A stretch of 43,774 nucleotides of DNA from Methanomicrobiales archaeon. Lineage in GTDB: Archaea; Halobacteriota; Methanomicrobia; Methanomicrobiales; JACTUA01. Where the stretch lies: positions 1 to 43,774 of the forward strand of contig DATIYO010000073.1 in the NCBI GenBank assembly GCA_035517575.1. Direction: 5' to 3'. Both the position numbers and the translations under genes were made by a program. The notes below the pieces were generated by a model. The model ran no database searches. It was not told the DNA's origin and worked only from the letters and a program-made list of their open reading frames with translations. Positions 7,900 to 16,812 of the stretch are shown here, piece by piece. Position 1 is the first letter of the stretch. Every line of letters starts with the position of its first letter.

Positions 7900-8280
7900 T
7901 CAGGACTTCTCCGCCTCCCCCTCGGGCAGCGGGCACTTCGCGATGTACTCGACGTTGAACTTGAAGAAGTGGGTGAACCCGCAGTTGTGGCACCGGGTGG
8001 TGAACTGGCTGCACCCGATGACGAGGTCGTGTGGCCCCTCGGTGCAGCAGTTCTCGCACGGGGCGACCGTCTCCAGGTCCCAGACATCGTAGCAGCCGAT
8101 CTTCGTGTACAGGCCGGGCTTCCCGACCTCCGAGGCACGGGGGATGTAGATCCGGGTCGCGCCGCAGTTGGAGCAGGCCACCTGCGCCTGGGCCCGCACC
8201 GCCTTGATCACCTGGTCCACCTCCTTCCCGCAGTTGTAGCAGGAGGTGCGGTACTTCGTGAAGACGAACCGCTCGGCCAT
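7900..8280 (-). CDS. cysteine-rich zinc-ribbon protein, unknown function
   Basis: 126 aa with several CxxC pairs (CYNCG, CSNCG, CENCC, CHNCG). GGTTTAATACC TATA-like element about 28 nt upstream of ATG 8280. Confidence 0.72.
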   Translation of the reverse strand: MAERFVFTKYRTSCYNCGKEVDQVIKAVRAQAQVACSNCGATRIYIPRASEVGKPGLYTKIGCYDVWDLETVAPCENCCTEGPHDLVIGCSQFTTRCHNCGFTHFFKFNVEYIAKCPLPEGEAEKS

Positions 8281-8353
8281 GGTGGGTACCTGAGCGGGGG
8301 TGGTATTAAACCGTGGGGATGGTCGCGAAAAAAGGGAGATTCTGTTCCGGGCT

Positions 8354-10000
8354 TCAGAAGTCCATGTCCCCGCCCATGCCGCCCGGGGGCATTCCGCCGG
8401 GAGGCATGCCGCCGGGCATCTCCTTGCTCACCTTGGAGGCGGCGATGACGTCGTCGATCCGGAGGATCATGACCGCGGCCTCGGCAGCCGAGGCGACCGC
8501 CTGGGTCTTCACCCGGAGCGGCTCCACGACGCCGGCCTTGAGCATGTCGGTCGGCTCGCCCTTGAAGACGTCGAGCCCGACGTTCTTCTTCTTCTTGTCA
8601 TGCTCGGCCCGGAGGGCGACGAGCATGTCGATCGGGTCGAGGCCCGCGTTCTCGGCGAGGGTCCTCGGGATGATCTCGAGGGCGTTCGCGAACGCCTCGA
8701 TGGCGAGCTGGGCCCGGCCGCCGACCGATGCCGCGTACTCGCGGAGCCGGAGGGAGAGCTCGATCTCGGGCGCCCCGCCGCCGGCCACCATCTTCTTGTC
8801 CTCCATGACCACCGATACGACGGAGATCGCGTCGTCGAGGGCACGGTCGAGCTCGTCCACGACGTGCTCGGTGCCGCCCCGGACGATGATCGATACCGCC
8901 TTCGGGTTCTTGCACTTCTCGACGAAGATCATCTCCTCGCCGCCGACCTTCCTCTCCTCCACGAGCCCGGCCTTCCCGAGCTCGCTCTTCGCGATGGCGT
9001 CGATGGACGAGATGACCGAGGCGCCGGTCGCCCGGGCGAGCTTCTCCATGTCGCTCTTCTTGACCCTTCTCAGGGCGAGGATGTTCGCCTTTGCCAGGTA
9101 GTGCTGGGCGATGTCGTCGATGCCCTTCTGGCAGATCACGACGTTCGCGCCGCTCGCGACGACCTTGTCCACGATGGACTTGATCATCCGCTCTTCCTCG
9201 TCGAGGAAGGCCTGGAGCTGGTCGGGGCTCGTGATGTTGATCTCGGCATCGACCTCGGTCTTCTTGAACTCGATGGAGGCGTTCAGGAGGAGGATCTTCG
9301 CGTTCTCGACCTTCTTCGGCATGCCCGGGTGCACGCGCTCCTTGTCGATGAGGACCCCCTCGACGATCTCGGAGTCGTCCGAGGAACCGCCGACCTTCTT
9401 CTCGATCTTGATGTTCTCCTGGTCCACGGTGCCGTCCTCGTCGACGACCATCATCGCGGCCTTCACCACGAGCTCGCAGAGCTTCTCCTTCGAGGCCTCG
9501 GCGCCCTTGCCCGTCATGGCGGTCTCGGCGATCTTGTAGAGCATCTCCTTGTCGGTGGGCTTCACCGTGATCGCGATGTCGTTGAGGATCTCCCTCGCCT
9601 TCTCGGCCGCGAGCCGGTACCCCTGGGCGATGACCGTCGGGTGCACGTCCTGGTCCAGGAGCTCCTCGGCGCGCTTCAGGAGCTCGCCCGCGACGACCAC
9701 GGCGGTGGTGGTCCCGTCGCCGACCTCGTCGTCCTGGGTCTTTGCGACCTCGACCATCATCTTCGCCGCGGGGTGCTCGATGTCCATCTCCTTCAGGATG
9801 GTGACCCCGTCGTTCGTGATCACGACGTCGCCGATGGTGTCGACGAGCATCTTGTCCATGCCCTTCGGGCCGAGGGTGGTCCGCACCGCCCCCGCGACCG
9901 CCTTGGCCGCCGCGATGTTGGACCCCTGGGCATCCCGGCCACGGGTGCGCGAGCTGCCCTCCTTGAGGATGAAAATGGGCTGTCCTGTGAGTTGTGACAT
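8354..10000 (-). CDS. ths: thermosome subunit (group II chaperonin)
   Basis: 548 aa: [74 protein letters not shown]-terminal [19 protein letters not shown] tail. T6 run downstream at 8326..8331 (A-run on the plus strand). Confidence 0.97.
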   Translation of the reverse strand: MSQLTGQPIFILKEGSSRTRGRDAQGSNIAAAKAVAGAVRTTLGPKGMDKMLVDTIGDVVITNDGVTILKEMDIEHPAAKMMVEVAKTQDDEVGDGTTTAVVVAGELLKRAEELLDQDVHPTVIAQGYRLAAEKAREILNDIAITVKPTDKEMLYKIAETAMTGKGAEASKEKLCELVVKAAMMVVDEDGTVDQENIKIEKKVGGSSDDSEIVEGVLIDKERVHPGMPKKVENAKILLLNASIEFKKTEVDAEINITSPDQLQAFLDEEERMIKSIVDKVVASGANVVICQKGIDDIAQHYLAKANILALRRVKKSDMEKLARATGASVISSIDAIAKSELGKAGLVEERKVGGEEMIFVEKCKNPKAVSIIVRGGTEHVVDELDRALDDAISVVSVVMEDKKMVAGGGAPEIELSLRLREYAASVGGRAQLAIEAFANALEIIPRTLAENAGLDPIDMLVALRAEHDKKKKNVGLDVFKGEPTDMLKAGVVEPLRVKTQAVASAAEAAVMILRIDDVIAASKVSKEMPGGMPPGGMPPGGMGGDMDF

Positions 10001-10012
10001 GGTTCTCTCACC

Positions 10013-10054
10013 GTATTTTGCGGTAAAATACTTGGTCTGTGGTTCTATATAAAC
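10013..10054 (-). promoter_or_regulatory. thermosome promoter: TATA box plus inverted repeat in the leader
   Basis: Minus-strand TTTATATAG at 10045..10054. Inverted repeat GTATTTT-n5-AAAATAC at 10013..10031, between the TATA box and ATG 10000. GGTGAGAG RBS. Confidence 0.45.
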
Positions 10055-10098
10055 AAAGTGGATCCAGCGGCGAGAACCGCCCCGTCAGCGGGTGAACT

Positions 10099-11019
10099 TC
10101 ACGCCGGAGGTTCCCGGATCAGCTCCATCAGCTCGGAGCCGTCCTCGAGTGAGCGGAGCCGGTCCTCGCCGATGACCAGGGTGTCGCCGATGCTCTTCTC
10201 CCGGTGGTACCCGACGAGGACGCAGAGGGCGTGGGCCCTCGCGATCCGGGAGAGGTTCGAGATGATGGGCGCCCGCTTCGCGACGTGCTGGGGCGTGCCG
10301 TAGCCCGTGAGGATGGTCTCGGTGTCGTACCGGGCGAGGGCCTCGAAGGGGGCGCGGTGCGTGAGGTGGATCTCCATCCCCATCCGCTCGAGGTCGGCGA
10401 GGATCTTCCCGTGGGCGGGCTCGCCCGACCCCGCGAACCGGGGCTCGTGGGCGAGGAGGTCGATGGGCTTCGTGACGGCAGTGTCGAAGAGCTCCTCGAT
10501 CCTGAGGGCGACCTCCATCGTCGTCCCCATCCCGTTCTCGTACTTGCTGATGGTCCGGCGGGAGACACCGAGGAGGTGGGCGAGGTCCCCGAGGGAGAGC
10601 TCCCGTTCCTCCCTGAGGGCGTGGAGGAGCGCCTCGTCGATATTCACGTAGAGGCCGCCCGGGGAGACGTACACGAGGGGCGGTACCTTATCGATGATGA
10701 AGTCCGAGAGCGTGGGGACCGAGATCGCGAAGATCCCGTACCTGATGTATACCGCCCCCCGCTGGAGGTCCGCGTCCCGGGTCCTCTCGCCGACGATGAG
10801 GGGGGCACCCCCCAGGTAGTAGGAGACGAGGTCCAGGTCCCGGGCGATGTCCTCCGAGACCCCGTCGATGTGGGAGATGGCCTTGATGACCATGAGGATC
10901 CGGTCGTCCCCCGCGATGAGGTCGAAGGACCGGGGCCGCTGGCTGCACCGCTCGGAGACCCGGAACCCCCCGTCAAGGAGCAGGCTCCTCACCCTCTCGA
11001 GAAGGACACCCTGGGTCAT
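10099..11019 (-). CDS. archaeal putative HTH-type (cro/C1-like) transcriptional regulatory protein
   Basis: Only the last 306 codons of the 1136-aa track ORF are real; start ATG 11019 (MTQGVLLERV) or 11037. Central HTH LSLGDLAHLLGVSRRTISKYENGMGTTMEVALRIEELF. Layout matches the ~310-aa conserved archaeal regulator family. Confidence 0.85.
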   Translation of the reverse strand: MTQGVLLERVRSLLLDGGFRVSERCSQRPRSFDLIAGDDRILMVIKAISHIDGVSEDIARDLDLVSYYLGGAPLIVGERTRDADLQRGAVYIRYGIFAISVPTLSDFIIDKVPPLVYVSPGGLYVNIDEALLHALREERELSLGDLAHLLGVSRRTISKYENGMGTTMEVALRIEELFDTAVTKPIDLLAHEPRFAGSGEPAHGKILADLERMGMEIHLTHRAPFEALARYDTETILTGYGTPQHVAKRAPIISNLSRIARAHALCVLVGYHREKSIGDTLVIGEDRLRSLEDGSELMELIREPPA

Positions 11020-11067
11020 ACTGGCTAAAGAACCCATATAGCGTGCCGCGATAATAAAATATCGGGC

Positions 11068-12324
11068 ATGTGGATCGGGATCGATGACACGGACTCTCCC
11101 CGCGGGATGTGCACGACGTACCTCGGGGCCGTGCTCGTCCGGCGGCTCCTCGCCCGGGGGTTCGGCCTCGGGCAGGCGAGGCTCGTCCGGCTCAACCCGA
11201 ACGTCCCCTGGAAGACCCGGGGGAACGCCGCCATCGCCCTCGAACTGGAGGGGGATCCGGAGGCCGCCTTCGGGACGGCATGCCGGTGCGTCGAGGACCT
11301 GGCCGAACTCGGGGCCGAGGGGACCGAGCCGGGGGTGGCCGTCTCCGAGGTCAGGCCGCCCGTGTGGTTCTACGAGAAGGCCCTGCGATCCTTCTGCGAG
11401 AAGGAGGAGGCCGTCGAACTGCTCGACGAGGCAGGGGCGGTGTACCGCGGGTGGAACGGGGGTCGGGGGCTCATCGGGGCCGCGGCTGCCATCGCGTGCG
11501 ACCTGCCCGATTCGACCTGGGAGTACCTGGTCTACCGGCGACCCGCCCTCTGGGCGACCCCGCGGAGCATCGACCGCGAATCCTTCTTCCTCGCCGATAC
11601 CGCGACCTCTCCCCGTACCTGGGACACGGTGGACCGGGAGAACGATGTCGTAGTGTGTTCCCCCCGCACCCCGGACCCGGTCCTCTACGGGATCCGGGGG
11701 GACAGTCCCCTTACGGTGGCCCTGGCACAGTCCTTCATCCGCACGGAGGAGCCTGGCCTGGAGCAGGTCTGGCTCACGAACCAGGGGACCGACGGGCACC
11801 TGGAGGAGGGGGAGATCGGTAGTCTCACCGAGGGGCACTCCTACCGGATCCGCGGCGCCGTCGGCGGGAATGCGGTGACGGGGAAGGGGGGCCATGTCGC
11901 CATTCCCCTTGAGGCGGGGGGCGCCGGGCCCGGGCTCCGCTGCATGGCCTACGAGCCCACGAAGGGTTTCCGGGACGTGGTGAGGGCCCTCGTCGTCGGG
12001 GACGAGGTGGAGGCCTGCGGGAGCTACAAGGGAGGGTCCCTCAACCTCGAGAAGATCCGCCTCGTGGAACCGGCGCGGGACCTGGTCAGGCTGGCGCCAG
12101 CGTGCCCCTCGTGCGGGAAGAGGATGACCTCGGCCGGGCACGGGAAGGGGTTCAAGTGCCGCCGGTGCGGGAGCAGGGCGGCAGACAGGGAGGAGCGGGT
12201 CCGGGAGAGGGCGATCCGGCCGGGGTGGTACGAGGTCCCGCCCTGCGCGAGGAGGCACCTCGCGAAGCCATTGATCCGGGGAGAACCGGCACAGATAATA
12301 GGGAAGAGCGAAATAGTTCCGTGA
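11068..12324 (+). CDS. tiaS: tRNA(Ile2) 2-agmatinylcytidine synthetase TiaS
   Basis: 418 aa. N-terminus MWIGIDDTDSPRGMCTTYLGAVL is characteristic. C-terminal zinc ribbon CPSCGKRMTSAGHGKGFKCRRCG. Confidence 0.9.
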   Translation: MWIGIDDTDSPRGMCTTYLGAVLVRRLLARGFGLGQARLVRLNPNVPWKTRGNAAIALELEGDPEAAFGTACRCVEDLAELGAEGTEPGVAVSEVRPPVWFYEKALRSFCEKEEAVELLDEAGAVYRGWNGGRGLIGAAAAIACDLPDSTWEYLVYRRPALWATPRSIDRESFFLADTATSPRTWDTVDRENDVVVCSPRTPDPVLYGIRGDSPLTVALAQSFIRTEEPGLEQVWLTNQGTDGHLEEGEIGSLTEGHSYRIRGAVGGNAVTGKGGHVAIPLEAGGAGPGLRCMAYEPTKGFRDVVRALVVGDEVEACGSYKGGSLNLEKIRLVEPARDLVRLAPACPSCGKRMTSAGHGKGFKCRRCGSRAADREERVRERAIRPGWYEVPPCARRHLAKPLIRGEPAQIIGKSEIVP

Positions 12325-12336
12325 AGAGTTGAGGTC

Positions 12337-13266
12337 ATGGAAGGCGACGCGGTGAAGCAGGTGAAGGTCCGGCCCGGGATGACCGTCGGGGAGCTCGTCC
12401 GCGAACTCGAGGCGTCCGGCGCCTTCAACGGGGGGTCCCTCGCGAAGGCCGCCCGGATCACGGAGGAGATGTTCCGGGACGGGAAGGCGACGACCTTCGT
12501 GGGCCTCGCGGGGGCCATGGTCCCGTCTGGCATGGGGGGCATCGTCTCCGACCTGATCGAAAGGGGGTACGTGGACGTCCTCGTCTCGACGGGCGCGAAC
12601 CTGGTCCACGACATCGTCGAGGCCATCGGGTGCACCCACCACCATGGCTCGGCGGAGTGCTCGGACATCGACCTCCGGAGGCAGGGGATCAACCGCATCT
12701 ACGACGTCTACGTCGCCGACGAGGCCTTCACCCGGTTCGAGGACTTCGTCCAGGGGGTCTTCGGGGGCCTCGCGGACGGGACGGTCATCTCCACGACGGA
12801 GCTCCTGGCCCTGGTCGGGAGGCAGCTCCCCTCGGGGATCCTCGCGACCGCCGCGCGGAAGGGGGTCCCCGTGTACTGCCCCGCGGTCCAGGACTCGGTC
12901 TTCGGGCTCCAGTTCTCCCTCTTCACCCAGACCCACCGGGTCGTCCTCGACGCCTTCCGGGACATGAAGGCGTTCCTCGACCTCTGCTACCAGGCCGAGC
13001 GGGCGGGGGCGCTCATCATCGGCGGCGGGGTGCCCAAGAACTTCATCTTCCAGGGGATGCTCCTCGCCCCCCACGGGTTCACCTGGGCGGTCCAGCTCAC
13101 GGGGGACCGGCCCGACCTCGGGGGCCTCTCGGGGGCAACGCTCGACGAGGCCCGGTCCTGGGGGAAGCTCACCGCCGAGGCCCAGGGGGTCACCGTCTAC
13201 GGGGACGCGACCATCACCCTCCCGGTCCTCGCCGCCGCGGTCCTCGAGAGGCTCTCCCGTGGCTGA
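12337..13266 (+). CDS. dys: deoxyhypusine synthase
   Basis: 309 aa: TTFVGLAGAMVPSGMGGIVSDLIERGYVDVLVSTGANLVHD, GINRIYDVYV, GGGVPKNF. Confidence 0.95.
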   Translation: MEGDAVKQVKVRPGMTVGELVRELEASGAFNGGSLAKAARITEEMFRDGKATTFVGLAGAMVPSGMGGIVSDLIERGYVDVLVSTGANLVHDIVEAIGCTHHHGSAECSDIDLRRQGINRIYDVYVADEAFTRFEDFVQGVFGGLADGTVISTTELLALVGRQLPSGILATAARKGVPVYCPAVQDSVFGLQFSLFTQTHRVVLDAFRDMKAFLDLCYQAERAGALIIGGGVPKNFIFQGMLLAPHGFTWAVQLTGDRPDLGGLSGATLDEARSWGKLTAEAQGVTVYGDATITLPVLAAAVLERLSRG

Positions 13267-13894
13267 GCTGATCCTCGCTCTCGACGTCACCGACCGGGCG
13301 GGGGCCGTCGCCATCGCGAGGGCCTGCGCCCCCCACCTCGGCGCGATCAAGGTCGGGTACCCCCTCGTCCTCTCCGCGGGGCTCTCCGTCGCGGGGGAGC
13401 TCACCCCCCTCGGGCTCCCCCTCATCGCCGACTTCAAGGTCGCAGACATCCCGAACACGAACCGGGAGATCTGCACCCTCGCTTTCCGGGCCGGGTTCTC
13501 CGCGGTCATCGCCCACGCCTTCCCCGGGGAAGACGCCCTCTCCGCCTGCGTCGAAGCGGCCCGCGCTCACGGCGGGGCCTGCTACGCCGTCGCCGAGATG
13601 AGCCACCCGGGCGCGGCCGGGTTCTTCCACGGCGGGGTCGCCGAGCGGCTGGCCGGCCTTGCCGTGAAGTGCGGGGCCGACGGGATCATCGCCCCCGCGA
13701 CCCGCCCGGACCGGGTCAGGAGGCTCAGGGAGATCGTCGGGCCCCTGAAGATCCTCTCGCCCGGCGTCGGGGCCCAGGGGGCCGACCCGGGGGAGGTGAA
13801 GGACCTCGTGGACGGGATCATCGTGGGGAGGTCCATCTACGGGGCCGCCGATCCCGCGGCCGCCGCGCGGGAGTTCGCCGGGCGCTGCCGATGA
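13259..13894 (+). CDS. pyrF: orotidine 5'-phosphate decarboxylase
   Basis: GTG start overlapping the dys stop by 8 nt. LILALDV, DFKVADIPNTN, SPGVGAQG, IIVGRSIY motifs. Confidence 0.93.
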   Translation: MAELILALDVTDRAGAVAIARACAPHLGAIKVGYPLVLSAGLSVAGELTPLGLPLIADFKVADIPNTNREICTLAFRAGFSAVIAHAFPGEDALSACVEAARAHGGACYAVAEMSHPGAAGFFHGGVAERLAGLAVKCGADGIIAPATRPDRVRRLREIVGPLKILSPGVGAQGADPGEVKDLVDGIIVGRSIYGAADPAAAAREFAGRCR

Positions 13895-13946
13895 TGAGAT
13901 GAGCCGACCTGACCGGTGATGAGCCCTGTGAGTCGACTGAGGCAGC
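13884..13946 (+). ncRNA. box C/D sRNA candidate (2'-O-methylation guide)
   Basis: Terminal stem GCTGCC (13884..13889) pairs with GGCAGC (13941..13946). C box ATGATGA 13891..13897. D' box CTGA 13909..13912. C' box TGATGA 13917..13922. D box CTGA 13937..13940. Guide spacers of 11 and 14 nt. Overlaps the pyrF stop codon (13892..13894). Confidence 0.65.
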
Positions 13947-14011
13947 GGACAAAGCTCCCGGAAAATTTTAGCGCAAAAACATTTTAAGATCCGCCTCACC
14001 ATGGATCCGGT

Positions 14012-14374
14012 ATGCAATGGAGTGCCGAGCAGCGAAAGACCGTTGAGAAGTACCGCTCCCTCCAGGACATCCCGCCCGCGGAACGGCGGTACAAGTGCCA
14101 CACCTGCCATACCATCGTCGACTCGACCCCGTGCCCGAAGTGCGGCGAGGCCAGGCTCCAGATCCTCTGCCCCCTGGACCACTGCCAGTGCTCCCACGAG
14201 ATCATCGCGCGGATCGAGTACTGCCCCCTCTGCGGGAACCCGATCTGCCCCGACTGCGGGTCCCACGACGTGGTGCAGATCAGCCGGGTGACCGGTTATC
14301 TCCAGGATGTCTCGGGCTGGAACGCGGGGAAGCAGCAGGAGCTGAAGGACCGGGTGCGCTACCAGCTCTCATGA
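14012..14374 (+). CDS. stand-alone NrdD C-terminal-like mini-protein (zinc ribbons plus glycyl-radical-like motif)
   Basis: 120 aa with [17 protein letters not shown] and [13 protein letters not shown] ribbons. The C-terminus [28 protein letters not shown] resembles the glycyl-radical tail of class III ribonucleotide reductase. CATTTTAAGAT TATA-like element upstream. Confidence 0.8.
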   Translation: MQWSAEQRKTVEKYRSLQDIPPAERRYKCHTCHTIVDSTPCPKCGEARLQILCPLDHCQCSHEIIARIEYCPLCGNPICPDCGSHDVVQISRVTGYLQDVSGWNAGKQQELKDRVRYQLS

Positions 14375-14378
14375 TCTC

Positions 14379-15308
14379 ATGAGGTACTTCTTCGGCGACC
14401 GCACGCTCTTCATCCGGGGTGACTTCCGGGCCGCGAGCACCGGGGTTCACGGCGGCTTCCGGAGGGTCACCACCCTCCTCAACCACACCGTCGGGGAGGA
14501 CTTCGACCATGCCGACCCCGTCCGCCTGCTGGAGGACCTCGCGGCCGGCAAGGGGTACTCCCGCGACTTCTTCGGCCTCCTGACCGCCGTGGACTGGCGG
14601 CACACCTGCATCCTGCACCACGACTTCGTCACGCTCTTCGTCACCGCCGGTATATCGAACCCGAACCCCGGACCGGAGGCGGCGGGCACCATCAACCTCA
14701 TCGTCCACTCCGCCGAGGGTCTGTCAGACGGGGCGCTCCTGGAGGCGCTCACCACCGCGACCATGGCAAAGGCCGACGCCCTGCGGGCCCTCGGCCATGG
14801 CTTCTCGGGGACGACCACCGATGCGGTCATCGCCGCCTGCGAGGGCCCCGTCGCGCACGAGTACGCGGGCACCGCGACGGAAGCAGGGGTGCGCGTCTAC
14901 CGTGCCGCGTTCCAGGGGGTGCAGGAGGCCCTCGCCAGGCACGAGGGGCGGGTGAAGAGGAAGGCCCCGTCGATGTTCGTGCTCTCCCGCTATGGCGGGG
15001 ACCACTGGGTGGAGTGGACCCCCGAGGGATGCCCCTACTATCCCTGCCACTTCGAGGGGCAGCGGTGCGACTACTGCTACTGCCCGCTCTACCCGTGCCT
15101 GGACCCGGAGCTCGGCCAGTGGGTGGAGAGCAAGAGCGGGGGGAAGGTCTGGAACTGCAGCGCCTGCACCCTCCTCCATGAACCGGAGGTCGCCGACTAC
15201 CTGAAAAAGAACCCCGAGGCAGGCCTCAGGGAGCTCTGGGAGTTCAATTCCCGGCGGTCCCCGAGATCCCGGAAAAAGGTTACTTCTCGGGGATCCCGAG
15301 GGCGCTGA
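14379..15308 (+). CDS. cbiZ: adenosylcobinamide amidohydrolase CbiZ fused to a cysteine-rich small domain
   Basis: N-terminal ~210 aa is CbiZ-like (GTINLIVHS, TTATMAKADALRAL, GTTTDAVIAAC). The C-terminus GCPYYPCHFEGQRCDYCYCPLYPC...WNCSACTLLH matches the cysteine-rich small domain. Starts 4 nt after the previous stop. Confidence 0.85.
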   Translation: MRYFFGDRTLFIRGDFRAASTGVHGGFRRVTTLLNHTVGEDFDHADPVRLLEDLAAGKGYSRDFFGLLTAVDWRHTCILHHDFVTLFVTAGISNPNPGPEAAGTINLIVHSAEGLSDGALLEALTTATMAKADALRALGHGFSGTTTDAVIAACEGPVAHEYAGTATEAGVRVYRAAFQGVQEALARHEGRVKRKAPSMFVLSRYGGDHWVEWTPEGCPYYPCHFEGQRCDYCYCPLYPCLDPELGQWVESKSGGKVWNCSACTLLHEPEVADYLKKNPEAGLRELWEFNSRRSPRSRKKVTSRGSRGR

Positions 15309-15480
15309 GGAGTTCCTGGAGGGGGATGCCGTGGGCCTGCGCGGCCTCCCGGATGGTCTCTCCCCGGGCGACGGCACAGCCGAGGCAGCCCATACCGAAC
15401 CGGAAGAGGACGGTGGCCGCGTCGGGCTTGGCCTGCAGGACATCCATGATGGTGCTGTCTGCCGTTACTGCCATGCCCAT
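15280..15480 (-). CDS. DUF1858 / hybrid-cluster-protein-associated redox disulfide domain protein
   Basis: Track ORF trimmed to ATG 15480 or 15474 (MGMAVTADSTIMDVLQAKPDAATVLFRFGMGCLGCAVARGETIREAAQAHGIPLQELL). The 3' end overlaps the convergent cbiZ gene by 29 nt. Confidence 0.82.
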   Translation of the reverse strand: MGMAVTADSTIMDVLQAKPDAATVLFRFGMGCLGCAVARGETIREAAQAHGIPLQELLSALGIPEK

Positions 15481-15582
15481 CGTGTTGGTATTCCTGCTAC
15501 TTAATCCCTTGGGAGGGGGGTTCTGGTTCATTTTCACGCTCCATCCGTCATGTTTTAAATAGCGTCGGGGAGCCCGTATTGA

Positions 15583-16812
15583 GTGGAGATGTCTATGGAA
15601 GTATCAGGTGCGGTTGAAAGAATCTCCGGAAAGATGGAAGCAAAGGGAATCGCCGTTGACCGTTCGAAGATCGAGGCAAAGCTACGGCGTCTTGTCGAGG
15701 AGTTTGGCGTGCAGCCCGCCGAGGCCGAACGCACGGTGTTGAACGAGCTCGCCCGGGAGCACTCTCTCCCTTCCCCCGGGACCCGGGCGCAGGAACGTGA
15801 GATCCAGGGGCTCTCGGTAGGGGAATGGGTGACGGTGCAGGGCAAGGTGGTGTCCCTGACGAACCCGCCCACCCCCGCCATCTCCCAGGCGGGGATCCTC
15901 GCCGACGCGTCGGGGGCCATCAGGTTCACGGTCTGGGCGCGGGCGAAGGCCCAGCCCCTCGCGGCGGGGAAGTGGTACAGGATCGAGTCCGCGGTCGTGG
16001 ACGAGTTCCGCGGCGTCGAGAAGCTGAACATCCACAGCGGGACCTCTATCACCGAGATCGAGACCGAGACCCCGCTCATCCCGACTGTGGTCCAGGTGCG
16101 CGATCTCCGCCCCGGGGTGGGGTCCGTGAAGGTGAAGGTGGTGCAGGAGTGGGAACCGAGCCATGAGCGGATGCTCCAGACCGGCCTTCTCGGCGACGAG
16201 ACGGGGACCATCAAGTTCACCATCTGGAAGGAGGAGGGGAAGGAGAAGCTCACCCCCGGAAACGTGTACTCGATCTACTATGCCCTCGTGGACGAGTTCG
16301 CCGGGAGGCTCCAGCTGAACCTTTCCACGGCGATGTACCTCCCCGAGGAGGGGGACATCCGGGTGAACGAGGGGGAGACCGTCCAGGGGGTCATCGTCCA
16401 CCTGGCCCCGGGGTCCGGGCTCATCAAGCGCTGCCCGCAGGAGGGCTGCAACCGGGTGCTCTCCCGGCAGAACTACTGCCCGGTCCACGAGATCCAGAAG
16501 AACTTCCGGTACGACCTGCGGATCAAGGGGGTCCTCGACGACGGGATCCGCACAAGGAACATCCTCGTCCAGAGGGAGATCGTCGAGGCCCTCTCGGGGA
16601 TGAAGCTCGAGGAGGCGGTCGCCCTCGCCGAGTCGAGCCCGCTCGGGATGGACGAGGTCTTCTACCGGATCCGTGACGCGGTCCTCGGCCGGTACTTCCA
16701 GGCGAGGGGCAGCGAGATCGACGGAAGGATCCTCGTCAAGGACTGTAAAAGGATCGCCTTCGACCCCGCGGATCTCGCCGCGCTCCTCAACAAGGCCGGG
16801 GGTGAGGCCTGA
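15583..16812 (+). CDS. rpa: replication protein A (OB-fold ssDNA-binding protein with zinc finger)
   Basis: 409 aa with repeated OB-fold segments (VTVQGKVVSL...IRFTVW; VKVKVVQEW...IKFTIW) and CPQEGCNRVLSRQNYCPVH. Start is GTG 15583 or ATG 15589/15595. TTTTAAATAG TATA element at 15552..15561 implies a near-leaderless transcript. Confidence 0.87.
   Translation: MEMSMEVSGAVERISGKMEAKGIAVDRSKIEAKLRRLVEEFGVQPAEAERTVLNELAREHSLPSPGTRAQEREIQGLSVGEWVTVQGKVVSLTNPPTPAISQAGILADASGAIRFTVWARAKAQPLAAGKWYRIESAVVDEFRGVEKLNIHSGTSITEIETETPLIPTVVQVRDLRPGVGSVKVKVVQEWEPSHERMLQTGLLGDETGTIKFTIWKEEGKEKLTPGNVYSIYYALVDEFAGRLQLNLSTAMYLPEEGDIRVNEGETVQGVIVHLAPGSGLIKRCPQEGCNRVLSRQNYCPVHEIQKNFRYDLRIKGVLDDGIRTRNILVQREIVEALSGMKLEEAVALAESSPLGMDEVFYRIRDAVLGRYFQARGSEIDGRILVKDCKRIAFDPADLAALLNKAGGEA

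Noticed and set aside
8300-9997. 565-aa plus-strand ORF (and several others: 4722..5768 +, 5730..6638 -, 24139..25857 -, 24177..25586 +, 25589..27184 +, 26037..27692 -, 29886..31103 +, 31100..32473 -, 34142..36037 +, 37949..39289 +, 39249..40487 +)
   Set aside because: All overlap strongly supported genes on the opposite strand or in another frame. All translate to Arg/Gly/Pro/Asp/Glu-rich low-complexity strings without motifs. They are shadow ORFs of high-GC DNA.
11020-13509. N-terminal 830 codons of the 1136-aa minus-strand ORF (10099..13509)
   Set aside because: Arg/Pro/Gly-rich low-complexity translation with no recognisable domain. It is exactly antisense to the well-supported tiaS and dys genes. 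Only the last 306 codons (HTH regulator) look real. This is a typical high-GC stop-free shadow frame.
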